Shown: one piece after another, positions 10,568-19,943 of the stretch
How positions within the stretch are numbered: position 1 is the first letter of the stretch
Layout of the letters: every line of letters begins with the position of its first letter
Virus record (IMG/VR): IMGVR_UViG_3300048630_000485
Span: 1-55,423 of that record
Strand: one strand, 5' to 3'
DNA from: a virus
Taxonomy: Duplodnaviria > Caudoviricetes
DNA: 55,423 bases
Notes under the pieces: model-generated
Database searches by the model: none
What the model was told of the DNA's origin: nothing
Seen by the model: only the letters and a program-made list of their open reading frames with translations
Position numbers and translations under genes: made by a program

Positions 10568-10869
10568 GGTGTCGTCTCGCCCTCCTCCTGATCGTAATAC
10601 CTTCGAATGACGGAGAAGGCCCATATCAGTTTCAACGGCTGGTCGATATGGGCCCTACCGTCGGGGTACGGCGGATTGTCTATTCCTTTTCGGCGCCACC
10701 AGAGGCCGAGGACTGTTCGGTGGTTTGGCGTGATCCGCGTGCGCGGGTTCGAGCGGAATTCGATTTCTTGGCCTTCTTCCGTCCAGGGGAAGCGCCAGAG
10801 GCCTTCCCGGTCGGGGCTTTCGAACCATTCGTCTGCGGCCCATTCACGGGCCGCGAGCCGTAGTTTCCC
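10564..10869 (-). CDS. -1 frame extension of tail assembly chaperone (gpT-like part of G-T fusion)
   Basis: About 100-codon open frame beginning at slippery G GGA AAC, preceded by an in-frame stop; contains PYPDGRAHIDQPLKLIWAF. Confidence 0.75.
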   Translation of the reverse strand, partial: GKLRLAAREWAADEWFESPDREGLWRFPWTEEGQEIEFRSNPRTRITPNHRTVLGLWWRRKGIDNPPYPDGRAHIDQPLKLIWAFSVIRRYYDQEEGETTP

Positions 10870-11618
10870 ACCTCATCCTGCTTGAGCTGATACATGCCGT
10901 CGATGCTGACGTAGAGTTCTTCCCAGACGATCCCGCCAATCTCCTCGCGCAGGGCCGTGATGGCCTCCGTGGTGACGATATCGATGCCGTCGGCAATCCC
11001 AGGATTGCTCTCGCCCTCGCGCTGCGTCGCAAGGCCTTCCCAGCCGCGCAGGTGCACACGGAGCATCATAATCTGATTCTCGCGATCCCAGCTGGCGCGC
11101 TTGGCCATCAGACGACGCAGACGCGCGCTCTTTTCGTAAAGCTGCTCGGTGATGTTCTTCGCCTTGATACGATCGGCCAGGCTGGTGAGCGGCTCGGGCT
11201 TCTTGAGCGGCTTGATCTCCTCGTCGGGCTTTTCCATCTGATCGAGCATGCGCTGTGTCTCGCGCTCTGCCCAGATTTCGAGCTGCTGCTCGTGAAGGCC
11301 CTGCAGCTGCCAGTGCCTTTCGAGGAAAAGCGCCTGCTCTTCGCCGTCGGCCAGGTGAACGATAGCCTCCTCGAGCGTCGCGGTTCGCACACGGTCCTGC
11401 CGCACCTCGATCAGGCCTAGCTCGTAGAGCAGCGAACCGATGAGCTCGCGCTCGACCAGCGTGGGCACTGCGATATGAAATACGGGCTTGATCGGCTTTT
11501 CGCCGCGTTCGGCTTCGGGCGCATCGGCCCACTCGGCAAGCTTCTCCTCGTATTGCGTTTCGAGGGTCGGCGGGGTGTAGCTGCGCGGGGCACGCGCGGT
11601 CAGAGGAATGTTCGACAT
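10680..11618 (-). CDS. Tail assembly chaperone (gpG-like), 312 aa
   Basis: Between tail tube and tape measure; contains slippery site; low-complexity tail after it. Confidence 0.8.
   Translation of the reverse strand: MSNIPLTARAPRSYTPPTLETQYEEKLAEWADAPEAERGEKPIKPVFHIAVPTLVERELIGSLLYELGLIEVRQDRVRTATLEEAIVHLADGEEQALFLERHWQLQGLHEQQLEIWAERETQRMLDQMEKPDEEIKPLKKPEPLTSLADRIKAKNITEQLYEKSARLRRLMAKRASWDRENQIMMLRVHLRGWEGLATQREGESNPGIADGIDIVTTEAITALREEIGGIVWEELYVSIDGMYQLKQDEVGNYGSRPVNGPQTNGSKAPTGKASGASPGRKKAKKSNSARTRARGSRQTTEQSSASGGAEKE
10863..10869 (-). other. Programmed -1 frameshift slippery heptamer GGGAAAC
   Basis: X XXY YYZ pattern in the correct phase of the chaperone ORF (GTG GGA AAC). Confidence 0.8.
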
Positions 11619-11665
11619 AAAAAAGCTCCCTGGGTTGCGGCGGAACCAACAACCCAGGGAGCTTT
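11619..11665 (-). terminator. Intrinsic terminator/attenuator hairpin after tail tube gene
   Basis: Perfect 16-bp inverted repeat AAAGCTCCCTGGGTTG / CAACCCAGGGAGCTTT ending in a T6 tract on the minus strand. Confidence 0.8.
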
Positions 11666-11689
11666 CGAATTGCGATCAGATCGCGGTCG

Positions 11690-12892
11690 CTACCACCAAA
11701 TTGTCAGTGCCAGCGACTTGTCTATACCAGTCGGGAACGCATCGCCAGTGAGGCTTACGAACCCGTTGCGCGAGCCCGGGTTGAGCGGGTTGATGACCAC
11801 GGCCGGGCAGAGCAGGCCGAACCGGTTGCCGGGGCCCATCCCCCATGTCGACATGACGGGCATCGAATTCTGCGCGTCCTCGCGCGCTTGGAAATCGAAA
11901 TCGCTGGCATCCATCTGGTTGAGGTCGAGCGACAAGGTGCGCTCGCCAGACATAATTTCGTAGCCGTCGATACCGTCGTCTTGGTTCTGGTTCGAAGGCG
12001 CGCCCACCTCCGTACCGGTCTGCCAGGTGATGCCCCCGTGACCGAGCGGCACGCGATCGAGCGCAAACTTGCCGGCCTTCGCAGGCGGGACAGGGATTTG
12101 CAGGATGGTGTTTGGCACGCCCGGCGCCGTGTCCTGCGCCACGTCGATGCACTTGCCCTTGAAGCTCGTTTCGATCGAGGGGAAGCCGGCGTTGTATTCG
12201 TTGCCCACCGGCGCGTCGAAATTAGCGCTCTGCGGTCGGCAGTCCTGGTAATCGTAGCGCTTGCGATCGCGCCAAACCGAAATCGAGAGCAGCGGCGGCG
12301 GCGTGTTCAACGTGCCCAGCACATAGCTCAAGTATTTCGGAATGGTGTAATTCACGCCAGCCGCAGGCGCCGCGCCAAGCGTTTCACCGATCGATGCGAG
12401 CTTACCCGCCCCGTCGTAATCAGTGATGAGCGTGGTGCCCTTGATCGCGCCAGTGCCAATCTCGGCCATCTGCAACGGCGCGCCGAGATAGATATCGTCG
12501 GTTGCGGGTGCGGCTGCGGCGAGCTTGATCGCAGTATCGGTAGAACCGGCTTCGGTGACGCCATTGATGACCGCGGCGTTGATGATTTCGGCCATACCCA
12601 TGCTGCGCAGTACGCGGCCCATCGGCCATGCACCTGCGGCCGGCACATCGTCACCGCTCGGCCCGCGCATCGGGAAGTTGAAGCCCACGGTGCCGGTGTT
12701 GCCGATCAGGATGCGCGGCGACTGCCACACCGTCCCGGTCTGGGTCGGATCTTCTGCCGTGACCGGATCGCGGGTGTTGGTGACGTTCGCAACGCCAATG
12801 ATATCGGCGGCGCTTGGCGGTGTGAATACGCCAGGCACGGCCTGAATGGCCACGGCAACGGCGATCACATTCTCACGATGATTCCAGGCCAT
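11690..12892 (-). CDS. Major tail tube protein, 400 aa
   Basis: Beta-rich protein after tail terminator-like gene, followed by hairpin and chaperone. Confidence 0.8.
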   Translation of the reverse strand: MAWNHRENVIAVAVAIQAVPGVFTPPSAADIIGVANVTNTRDPVTAEDPTQTGTVWQSPRILIGNTGTVGFNFPMRGPSGDDVPAAGAWPMGRVLRSMGMAEIINAAVINGVTEAGSTDTAIKLAAAAPATDDIYLGAPLQMAEIGTGAIKGTTLITDYDGAGKLASIGETLGAAPAAGVNYTIPKYLSYVLGTLNTPPPLLSISVWRDRKRYDYQDCRPQSANFDAPVGNEYNAGFPSIETSFKGKCIDVAQDTAPGVPNTILQIPVPPAKAGKFALDRVPLGHGGITWQTGTEVGAPSNQNQDDGIDGYEIMSGERTLSLDLNQMDASDFDFQAREDAQNSMPVMSTWGMGPGNRFGLLCPAVVINPLNPGSRNGFVSLTGDAFPTGIDKSLALTIWW

Positions 12893-12895
12893 CGG

Positions 12896-13363
12896 TTATT
12901 CTCCTGCGGGGGTTTCGTCGGCGGCTTCGAGCTCGGCAATCCGGGCATCGATCGCGCTAGTGGCACCCGACCGGGTTTCAGCGGAACGCATTTGGCGCAG
13001 CTTGGCCAGATCGGTGATTGTCGGAAGGTCGGCTTTCAGCTCCCGAACGGTCTGCTCGAGCAGCTGCTCGCCCGGCGCGGCAGCAACGGCCGCATCGCTT
13101 TTGGGATCGAATACGCGGACCTTCTCGGTGATACCCAGATCCTCGCGCTTGCGCTCGGTTACGGTTTGGTCGGCGCGCAGGGACAGGTCGCGATCGTCGG
13201 TATCGTCGAGGCGTGCATCGGCAATGGCCTTGCTGACCGCGCCGTCGTGCTCCGCGTCATCCGACTGCGCCGCGGCGTCGAGGCCGCCGCTCAACGCCTG
13301 GAGGTCGAAACTACCAGCCGGGAGCGACACCGCGGCATGGTTCGGGGTGGACTTCTCGCTCAT
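12896..13363 (-). CDS. Hypothetical virion-module protein, 155 aa
   Basis: ATGA overlap with upstream gene; acidic with short helical C-terminus. Confidence 0.75.
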   Translation of the reverse strand: MSEKSTPNHAAVSLPAGSFDLQALSGGLDAAAQSDDAEHDGAVSKAIADARLDDTDDRDLSLRADQTVTERKREDLGITEKVRVFDPKSDAAVAAAPGEQLLEQTVRELKADLPTITDLAKLRQMRSAETRSGATSAIDARIAELEAADETPAGE

Positions 13364-13917
13364 GTCAGATTTTCCTCGGCTGCAAGCAGGATGGACGGAT
13401 CATTGATCGCCGTGCGATATAGCACAACCACGCGGTGAATAAAGCGCGCCTCATCGGCCTCGCTATCGTCATCGGGCTGCACACCCTCATCGACCACATC
13501 GTCACAGACGCCGCGCATGAACATGCCATCGGCCGTCGTGAGCTCCGGGTCTTTCAATATGGTCAATGCGGCGTTGGCAATCATGCCGAGACGATCGAGC
13601 CCGGTGGGATCAATCTCGCTGTCCTCGGTCTGCAGCTCCGCGTCGATTTGCAAGTCAACTGACAGATAACAGAGCCGCTCGCTGTGCGTGGCGTAGGCCT
13701 CGGTATTCACCTCATCGGCGACCATACGAATCGAGATTGCGGGCTTCTCTTCCGAATTCGCCCAGCGATTGCGGGTGTGCCGCACCGTGATATTCGGAAG
13801 CCCCGCACGCCCTTCGAGGTCGTTTGCCGGGTTGCGGAGCATTTCGGCGATCCGCGTCAGGATCTTCGCGCGCGGCGTGCGCGGTACATTCAGCGGGACG
13901 GTGACGATATCGTTCAT
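13360..13917 (-). CDS. Putative tail terminator/completion protein
   Basis: ATG 13917 overlaps upstream stop; position and size fit lambda gpU-like proteins. Confidence 0.65.
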   Translation of the reverse strand: MNDIVTVPLNVPRTPRAKILTRIAEMLRNPANDLEGRAGLPNITVRHTRNRWANSEEKPAISIRMVADEVNTEAYATHSERLCYLSVDLQIDAELQTEDSEIDPTGLDRLGMIANAALTILKDPELTTADGMFMRGVCDDVVDEGVQPDDDSEADEARFIHRVVVLYRTAINDPSILLAAEENLT

Positions 13918-14258
13918 GTCGAGGCCTTCTGCATGTCGATGAGCCAGCGGCGGCCCGCATCGATCGTCACCCAATTCTCCGGCCGCCACAGGGTCGTGTC
14001 ATCGCCGAGCTGGGGGATGCGGAACCGCATCGACATTTTCGGCACCGGCACAATCGATTTGGCGATTTTGATGCGGGGTTGACCGCTCATCGTGTCGACC
14101 GGGGCGTAGCCGATATCCGCCTCACTCCCGGGAGGGAAGGCGAAGGCGGACACTGGCACGAACGTCACGCCGTCCGCAGCGAATTCGAATTCATCGCCCA
14201 GGCCGTCGTCGGTGTCGCGATCGAGCCCGTATTCCTCCACGTCATCGGCCCAGCCCAT
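13914..14258 (-). CDS. Putative head-tail joining (head closure) protein, 114 aa
   Basis: GAGGAG RBS; size and position equivalent to lambda gpFII. Confidence 0.65.
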   Translation of the reverse strand: MGWADDVEEYGLDRDTDDGLGDEFEFAADGVTFVPVSAFAFPPGSEADIGYAPVDTMSGQPRIKIAKSIVPVPKMSMRFRIPQLGDDTTLWRPENWVTIDAGRRWLIDMQKAST

Positions 14259-14275
14259 AGCGTGCTCCTCTTATG

Positions 14276-14311
14276 AAAACGGCCGCCCCGGGATTGCCCC
14301 GGGACGGCCGC
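14276..14311 (-). terminator. Intrinsic terminator after capsid operon
   Basis: Minus strand CGGCCGTCCCGGG-GCAAT-CCCGGGGCGGCCG followed by TTTT. Confidence 0.7.
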
Positions 14312-14338
14312 CGCAACCCCAAGGGCTCCCCTCGGGAC

Positions 14339-14929
14339 TTACGCAGGCTTCGCCTTCTTCGCCGGTGCACGCTTCGCAGCGGGCTTGGTGGCGGGCTTGG
14401 CCTCGGTTTCGGTCGCCGGGGGAGCGTCGGCCGTATCGCCGTCACCCGCACCTTCGTCGCCATCGCTGGCGGGCGGCGCATCGGCAGTGTCGGACGTGTC
14501 TGCGGTTTCGTCGCGCACCACATCGGCATTCGCCGCCGTGGTGCCGCCGCGATTTTCCGTGCCGCCGACGAACGCCGTGGTGTCGCGGGTGTCCATCCCG
14601 CTATTCACGTCGTTCTCGTCCGCATCGGTCTGCGCATTGCGCTTGAGCGTTTCCGCCGCGCCGTCCGCAATCGTCATCGTGCCGTCGCTGGCATCGGCTT
14701 CGTCGGTGCCGTCATCGATGATTTTGACGACGCCAGCGTTCTTGAGCTGCTCGGCAACGTCCGCTTCGACCAGGAATTTGTGCGCCGATCGCTGATTGGG
14801 CTTCGCCTCGCGAGCCTTGGCGTCGGCTTTCCCGTCGGCATTGGTGAACATGGGCACGGTGCCATTGGTGGTACGAACCGGCGTCGTCGCCGTCTTGATG
14901 GCTTGGACCTTTACGAGCTGCTTGGCCAT
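14339..14929 (-). CDS. Acidic/low-complexity protein after capsid (gpFI position), 196 aa
   Basis: GAAAGGGAG RBS; Asp/Ala/Thr-rich with basic PAKKAK tail. Confidence 0.75.
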   Translation of the reverse strand: MAKQLVKVQAIKTATTPVRTTNGTVPMFTNADGKADAKAREAKPNQRSAHKFLVEADVAEQLKNAGVVKIIDDGTDEADASDGTMTIADGAAETLKRNAQTDADENDVNSGMDTRDTTAFVGGTENRGGTTAANADVVRDETADTSDTADAPPASDGDEGAGDGDTADAPPATETEAKPATKPAAKRAPAKKAKPA

Positions 14930-14968
14930 GATGGCTCCCTTTCAATAGGTGGAGGCGATGCGACCGGC

Positions 14969-16006
14969 TTACGCGCCGGCACGCGCCGACATGAGGGCCT
15001 GGGGCGCCTTGGCGAACGGCAGGCGATAGGTGCGAACGTAGATATCGACCCACTCGTTCATGTTCGTCCGGTTGTCCGGAGACACGATCGAGTAAAGCTC
15101 GCGACCCAGCGCGCCCATGTCTTCCCAATCCTCGCCCGGTGCGATGAATTCGAAGAACATATCGGCTGCGCCCACCGGGAAAAGTCGAGCTTCGTCCGGT
15201 GCGATGGACAGCTCATCGTGGAACAGATCGTCCCAATGTTCCCAGGTGACGCCCGCGAACGAGAATGTCTGGAAAATGGTGCTCTCGTGGAGCTGCTCGA
15301 CCCGGCCCGCAACCTCGAGGGTCTTGCGATAGTCGGGATGCCGCAGGATCGCATTCTTGAAGTCGATGCCGCAGAAAGCGTGGATGCGCGTGCCGGTGGT
15401 GATCCGGCCCTTGAGCGCCTGGCGCATCGGCATCACGATCAGCGTTTCGATCTTTTCGCGCAGCTGACCCTCGGGGGTGTTCGCGATATCGAGCGCGATC
15501 TGCGCCGGCTCCGGGATGCCCATTTCGTCGTAGATATTCGAGACGACACGAACGCCGTCCGCATCCATGACCTTCCCTTGGAGCGCGCCGAAGCGGTGAT
15601 ATTCGTTGGTCAGCCGGATGCGGTCGACCATATCGAGCTGACGCTCCGCAACCAGCGCATTCGCGTTATCCAGCCGGATATCAAACGGCAGGGCGGGGTT
15701 GAGCAGATCCTTGACCTCGGCGGAGCTGACCCGCTCTCGCAGCGCGGTGCGCGGCGTGTCGATCTGCACCGTGTCCCTGAGCTGACGGCCGGTCAGCGGT
15801 TCGGGCGTGCCGCGCTCGCTGGTCGGGACCAGCTCAAGCGTGCGGTCCTTCTTGACGAACGTGACCGTCGTGGTGCGGATCGGCCGCTTGGTGAAATACC
15901 CGCGATCTTCGAGGACGGTGGGCACCTGGTCGATATCGCCGACCATATCCGTCATCGTGGTGGCCGCGAAGTCATCGGTGCGGAAAATGTCGAGCGCCAG
16001 TTCCAT
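14969..16006 (-). CDS. Major capsid protein, lambda gpE family, 345 aa
   Basis: Motifs LELVPTSERG, TNEYHRFGALQGKV, FSFAGVTWE; follows decoration protein. Confidence 0.92.
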   Translation of the reverse strand: MELALDIFRTDDFAATTMTDMVGDIDQVPTVLEDRGYFTKRPIRTTTVTFVKKDRTLELVPTSERGTPEPLTGRQLRDTVQIDTPRTALRERVSSAEVKDLLNPALPFDIRLDNANALVAERQLDMVDRIRLTNEYHRFGALQGKVMDADGVRVVSNIYDEMGIPEPAQIALDIANTPEGQLREKIETLIVMPMRQALKGRITTGTRIHAFCGIDFKNAILRHPDYRKTLEVAGRVEQLHESTIFQTFSFAGVTWEHWDDLFHDELSIAPDEARLFPVGAADMFFEFIAPGEDWEDMGALGRELYSIVSPDNRTNMNEWVDIYVRTYRLPFAKAPQALMSARAGA

Positions 16007-16069
16007 GTGTCTCTTTCCTTGAAATTCGAAACTTGCGGCTATGGCCCGACCGCTCGATTCCCGTGTGTC

Positions 16070-16456
16070 TTAGTAGCGAACCATCACGCCTTGCGCGGCG
16101 AGCTGCGCTTCGGCTGCTTTCTTCTGCGCGTCGGTGATCCCGGCGGGCCAGAACATCTTGTTGCCATTCAGCTCGCAATCGCGGGCCATGACGGACGTGC
16201 GAATGTGCGCGGCGGGGTCCAAGACCTCCTCGCGGTGATTGGCGACCGTTGCGGCAGTCTGCGTGCCGTCGGCGGCGCCCGGATTAAGCGGCAGATAGCG
16301 GCCCGTTGCCGTCACCTTGCCGAGCACCGTGCCGGGCAGGAGCGTGTCGGCGAGCGCGCTGTCGATAAGCGCCTGCTCGCGCGAACGACGGCCCTGCGCT
16401 TCGCTGATGACGTGTTCCTCGTCGCGAACGCTCGTGAAGCTCTTGGTCTTTGCCAT
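16070..16456 (-). CDS. Head decoration protein (gpD-like), 128 aa
   Basis: Motifs SEAQGRRSRE, GTVLGKVTATG, AADGTQTA, LAAQGVMVR. Confidence 0.88.
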   Translation of the reverse strand: MAKTKSFTSVRDEEHVISEAQGRRSREQALIDSALADTLLPGTVLGKVTATGRYLPLNPGAADGTQTAATVANHREEVLDPAAHIRTSVMARDCELNGNKMFWPAGITDAQKKAAEAQLAAQGVMVRY

Positions 16457-16459
16457 CGG

Positions 16460-17029
16460 TTAGGCGTCCTTCTTCTTCTGGCCACCGCGGCCAGTGTTGA
16501 CGTTTTGAACCGCCCGCTTACGGCTCTGCGCGGCGCGATCCTCACCCTCGCCGCCCTCGCCCTTCGGCGTGGCGCCGAGATTGTGACGCGGTGTGCTGGC
16601 GAGGCGCGAATTGTTGCTGGACTTGGCCTGGCCCTTGAGGATGCGCTTGATCGCATCGGCGCTCATGTCCTCGGCGAGCATGTCGGCCGCGAGAGCAAAC
16701 TTGCCTTCGGCTTCGGCGCTGGTCAGCACCTCGGCCCAGCGCTTGCGCTCGGCAGTTACACCGTTGTTAAAGGCCGCGCTGGTATCGGTCACGTTTTCGA
16801 CGCTGTTGACCGTGGCGAGCGATCCTTGACCGACAAAACTTGCGCTCGGCGAGTCGGCGCCTTCGGTGTCGTCGGCTTCCTGGCCTTCGCCATCGCCTTC
16901 ATCGGCGTTGCCTTCATCGCCGCCGCCCTCGCCATCGGTCTCGGTGCCGTCGGCTTCCTGGCCTTCCAATTCCTGGTCGGTATCGCCCGAAACGAGGCGG
17001 CGGAGGTTGGCGAGCGACTGAATTTTCAT
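16460..17029 (-). CDS. Capsid scaffolding protein (Nu3-like)
   Basis: Between protease and decoration genes; acidic N-half, AERKRWAEVL motif; start 17029 chosen from GAGG RBS (17041 alternative). Confidence 0.7.
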   Translation of the reverse strand: MKIQSLANLRRLVSGDTDQELEGQEADGTETDGEGGGDEGNADEGDGEGQEADDTEGADSPSASFVGQGSLATVNSVENVTDTSAAFNNGVTAERKRWAEVLTSAEAEGKFALAADMLAEDMSADAIKRILKGQAKSSNNSRLASTPRHNLGATPKGEGGEGEDRAAQSRKRAVQNVNTGRGGQKKKDA

Positions 17030-17044
17030 CGGAAACCTCATCGT

Positions 17045-18007
17045 TTATCGGGCAATCGCCCTTTGAAGCGCGTCCCAAGCCTGATGCTCGGTTGCGATCT
17101 TGTCAACGAAGCCGATGGCCTTGGCGTCGTCGCCCATATACGTGAGAGCTTCGGTTTTGAAAACCCTCGAGCGCGGGATGCCCCGGTTGTCAGCCACGCG
17201 CTGCACGAATAGCTCCCTGATCCGGTCGACCTCGGCTTGCACCCGCGCCTCATCGGCAGGCTCGAGCGGCTCGAGAGGGTGGGGCTTCGCCTTGTGCTTT
17301 CCCGCCCGGATAATGGTCAGCTCAATGCCCTTCTGCTCGTAGAACGGCCCCTGGTTGGCGTGCATGGTTATGACACCGACGCTACCCACCCCGCCAGTTT
17401 CGGGCACGAATACCTTGTCAGCCGCCGATGCCAGGGCATAGGCCGCGCTGTAGGCGTAATCGCCGGCATAGGCGTAGATCGGTTTCTTGCCGCCGTTTCG
17501 AACCGACATGGCCGAAATCATATCGACCAGCGGGAACAGGCCCGACACGTCGCCACCCCCGCTATCGAGCGCCATGAAAATACCCTTCACGTCGGGATCT
17601 GCTTGCGCCGCGACGAGCTTGGTTTCGATCCCGTCGTAGCCCGTCACCCCGCTGGACGGGTTCAAGCCCCAGCTTTTGGTGAGCGTGCCCTCGATCGGGA
17701 TATACGCGGCGTTATCCGAGAAATCGAACAGCTTGCGCCGCTTCTCGCGATCGCCGGTCTGCACCTTGGCTTGGCGCTCGCCGTCCTCGGCCAGCGCATC
17801 CAACACCTCACGGTCGAGACGGCGCTCCGCACTGCGCGGCGACACGCCGCCGGGATAATGGAAATCGCCGTCTGCGAGGTGGAGGGCGTCGATATCCAGC
17901 CGCGAATTCAGTGCGGCCACCATCATCGCGGCGTAGCTCGGTTCGATCGCAAGCGGGCGGTTGAGCATGCGCTGCAGGACATTCGAAAGGTGGTGCGGCT
18001 GGCTCAT
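17045..18007 (-). CDS. S49-family capsid maturation protease (gpC-like), 320 aa
   Basis: LDSGGG, AYSAAYALASAAD, GSVGV and AGKHK motifs. Confidence 0.92.
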   Translation of the reverse strand: MSQPHHLSNVLQRMLNRPLAIEPSYAAMMVAALNSRLDIDALHLADGDFHYPGGVSPRSAERRLDREVLDALAEDGERQAKVQTGDREKRRKLFDFSDNAAYIPIEGTLTKSWGLNPSSGVTGYDGIETKLVAAQADPDVKGIFMALDSGGGDVSGLFPLVDMISAMSVRNGGKKPIYAYAGDYAYSAAYALASAADKVFVPETGGVGSVGVITMHANQGPFYEQKGIELTIIRAGKHKAKPHPLEPLEPADEARVQAEVDRIRELFVQRVADNRGIPRSRVFKTEALTYMGDDAKAIGFVDKIATEHQAWDALQRAIAR

Positions 18008-19698
18008 CGGCTACTCTCCTGGCTCTCGCGGTCATCGGCCGCATCGGTTTCGTTGCTGTCGTCGGCATTCGTATTGTCTGCGTCGGTGTCGTCGTCATCC
18101 TCGCCGGCATCGCCATCGACCGCGGGCGCCACCCCTTCCTCGACCAGGCCAACGTCGCGCGCATATTCGTGCTCGATCGCTTGCTGATCCAGCGTGTCGC
18201 GCCAGTTATTGCCCTGCGATGCGTTTTCCTGCTCGAGCGTGGAAAACCGGCCGCTGACACGAAGGCCAGCCGCCTCGGCTTCCTTCTTCGGATCGACCCA
18301 ACCCATGCCCGGGCCGGTCCATGTGCACGCGGTGTAAGCCGTCCGCGCATCATCGAAACTAGGGGCGCCGGGGGGCACCTCGAGTAATCCGATATCGAAT
18401 GCTTCCTCGATCACCGCGTCATAGATGAGCCCGGCGATGTGCGAGGTAAACATGGTCCGCTCCATCGTGACGTTGCGCCACGCATCGATGAGGCTGGCGC
18501 GCGTGCTGGAATAATTGGCGCGGCTGTAATCCAACGAGAGCTGTTCGAATGGCATTCCGAGCGCCGATGCGAACGCCCGCAAGAACCCGTTTCGGAACGC
18601 ATCGCCATCCGGCATTGCGTTGGCCTGGCGCGCCATTTCGATCCTGTCGTTCGGACCCAGCACGGGAATGCGCTGATCGCCAACCTTCAAATCCATCTGC
18701 GCATAGTGATCGAGCTTCATGCCGAAGGCCGAATACTCATCCCCGTTCTCATCGCGAGCGGGGGCCAAGTGCTGCGCAACGTCCTGGGGTTCCATGTCGG
18801 TGCGAACGTAGGTCGCAAGCAGCGCATTGACCGCGGCGTTCTGCAACGTCACGTCATCCCACTTGTCGAGCATCTTGATGTGGCGGAGCGAGGTCACAAG
18901 GCTGGACACGGCCCTCTGCATCCCCGCGCGACGCTTGAAAAACCAATGGAACGCCATCGGGCGGCCCCAATAAGTCTCCCGGTCGACCAGCACCGGCTCG
19001 GTGTCGCGAATAATCGCGGTCCCGTCGCTGGGGTGCTCCGGCAAAATCCAAAGCCCGATCATCCGGCCGTGCCGATCGAGCTCGCGACCCTTGAACACGC
19101 GGCCATCCGTCTCGCTGCGCAGCGACGGCGTTTTCAGGCGATCGGGATCGATCAGCTGGACGTGCGTGCCCCACTTGGTCGCATATTCCTCGCGGCGTTC
19201 TTCCTCGAAATGGATGACGCCGCAGACCTCGGCATCGGCGCCGACCAGCGATCGGAACGCCTGCCACATCAGCCCGCCAAACTGATAATGCCCCTCGGTG
19301 TCGGCGAGGCATCGGCGATCGGTCGCCCAATCGGCGAACACGTCGGCCGCGGCCTGCGAATACTCCATCGCCCACCGCACGTCCTGGCCAAGCCTGCGAA
19401 ACGCAGGTTGCGGGTTCACGCGCAAGCTCGGGCCGACAACGGTGTTCGACTTGCGATCGAGGCCGCCCCGGATGATTTCGTTATTGCGATCGAGGTCGCG
19501 CACCGCCCGCACGGCTTTATCGCGGTTCCGCGCTTCTTCGCGCCCGCTGGTCAGCGGATAGATTTGCGCGACTTGGCCGGGCAGTTCGAGGTTACGATAC
19601 AGGCGGTAGTCGAAATTGGCAGACACGCGCAGACGGGGGCGGCCATCCTCGCCATCCCCGACGTGTCGAATGCTCATCGGCTTGTTGTCGCTGTCCAT
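18004..19698 (-). CDS. Portal protein, lambda family
   Basis: LIDPDRL, DYSRANYSSTRASL and GWVDPKKE motifs. Confidence 0.93.
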   Translation of the reverse strand: MDSDNKPMSIRHVGDGEDGRPRLRVSANFDYRLYRNLELPGQVAQIYPLTSGREEARNRDKAVRAVRDLDRNNEIIRGGLDRKSNTVVGPSLRVNPQPAFRRLGQDVRWAMEYSQAAADVFADWATDRRCLADTEGHYQFGGLMWQAFRSLVGADAEVCGVIHFEEERREEYATKWGTHVQLIDPDRLKTPSLRSETDGRVFKGRELDRHGRMIGLWILPEHPSDGTAIIRDTEPVLVDRETYWGRPMAFHWFFKRRAGMQRAVSSLVTSLRHIKMLDKWDDVTLQNAAVNALLATYVRTDMEPQDVAQHLAPARDENGDEYSAFGMKLDHYAQMDLKVGDQRIPVLGPNDRIEMARQANAMPDGDAFRNGFLRAFASALGMPFEQLSLDYSRANYSSTRASLIDAWRNVTMERTMFTSHIAGLIYDAVIEEAFDIGLLEVPPGAPSFDDARTAYTACTWTGPGMGWVDPKKEAEAAGLRVSGRFSTLEQENASQGNNWRDTLDQQAIEHEYARDVGLVEEGVAPAVDGDAGEDDDDTDADNTNADDSNETDAADDRESQESSR

Positions 19699-19940
19699 CA
19701 ATAATACCTCACGCCGATTGCGCGGCCCTGTGCGATGCCGCCGCTGGTCCTACGATCGAGTTCGTTGCGCGCAGCCGTGTAGAGGCGCCGCAGCTCCTTC
19801 GCGTTGCCCTGCGAGAATTCCTTGCGGCGGCCTTCACCGGCGATCACCTCGACCGCGCCCCCGCCAACGACCCTCTCGAGCTTGTCGCGCAGCTCACCCA
19901 CCTTGGTTTTCAGCGCGTCGTCGTCCAGGTCGTCATACAT
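19698..19940 (-). CDS. gpW-like head completion protein, 80 aa
   Basis: Small protein between terminase and portal, RKEFSQGNAKELR motif. Confidence 0.8.
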   Translation of the reverse strand: MYDDLDDDALKTKVGELRDKLERVVGGGAVEVIAGEGRRKEFSQGNAKELRRLYTAARNELDRRTSGGIAQGRAIGVRYY

Positions 19941-19943
19941 CGG

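Noticed and set aside
14273-17212. 979-aa plus-strand ORF, and other long antisense ORFs such as 11888-13438 and 48542-50743
   Set aside because: They lie antisense to well-supported genes, have no recognisable motifs, and are expected shadows of high-GC codon usage
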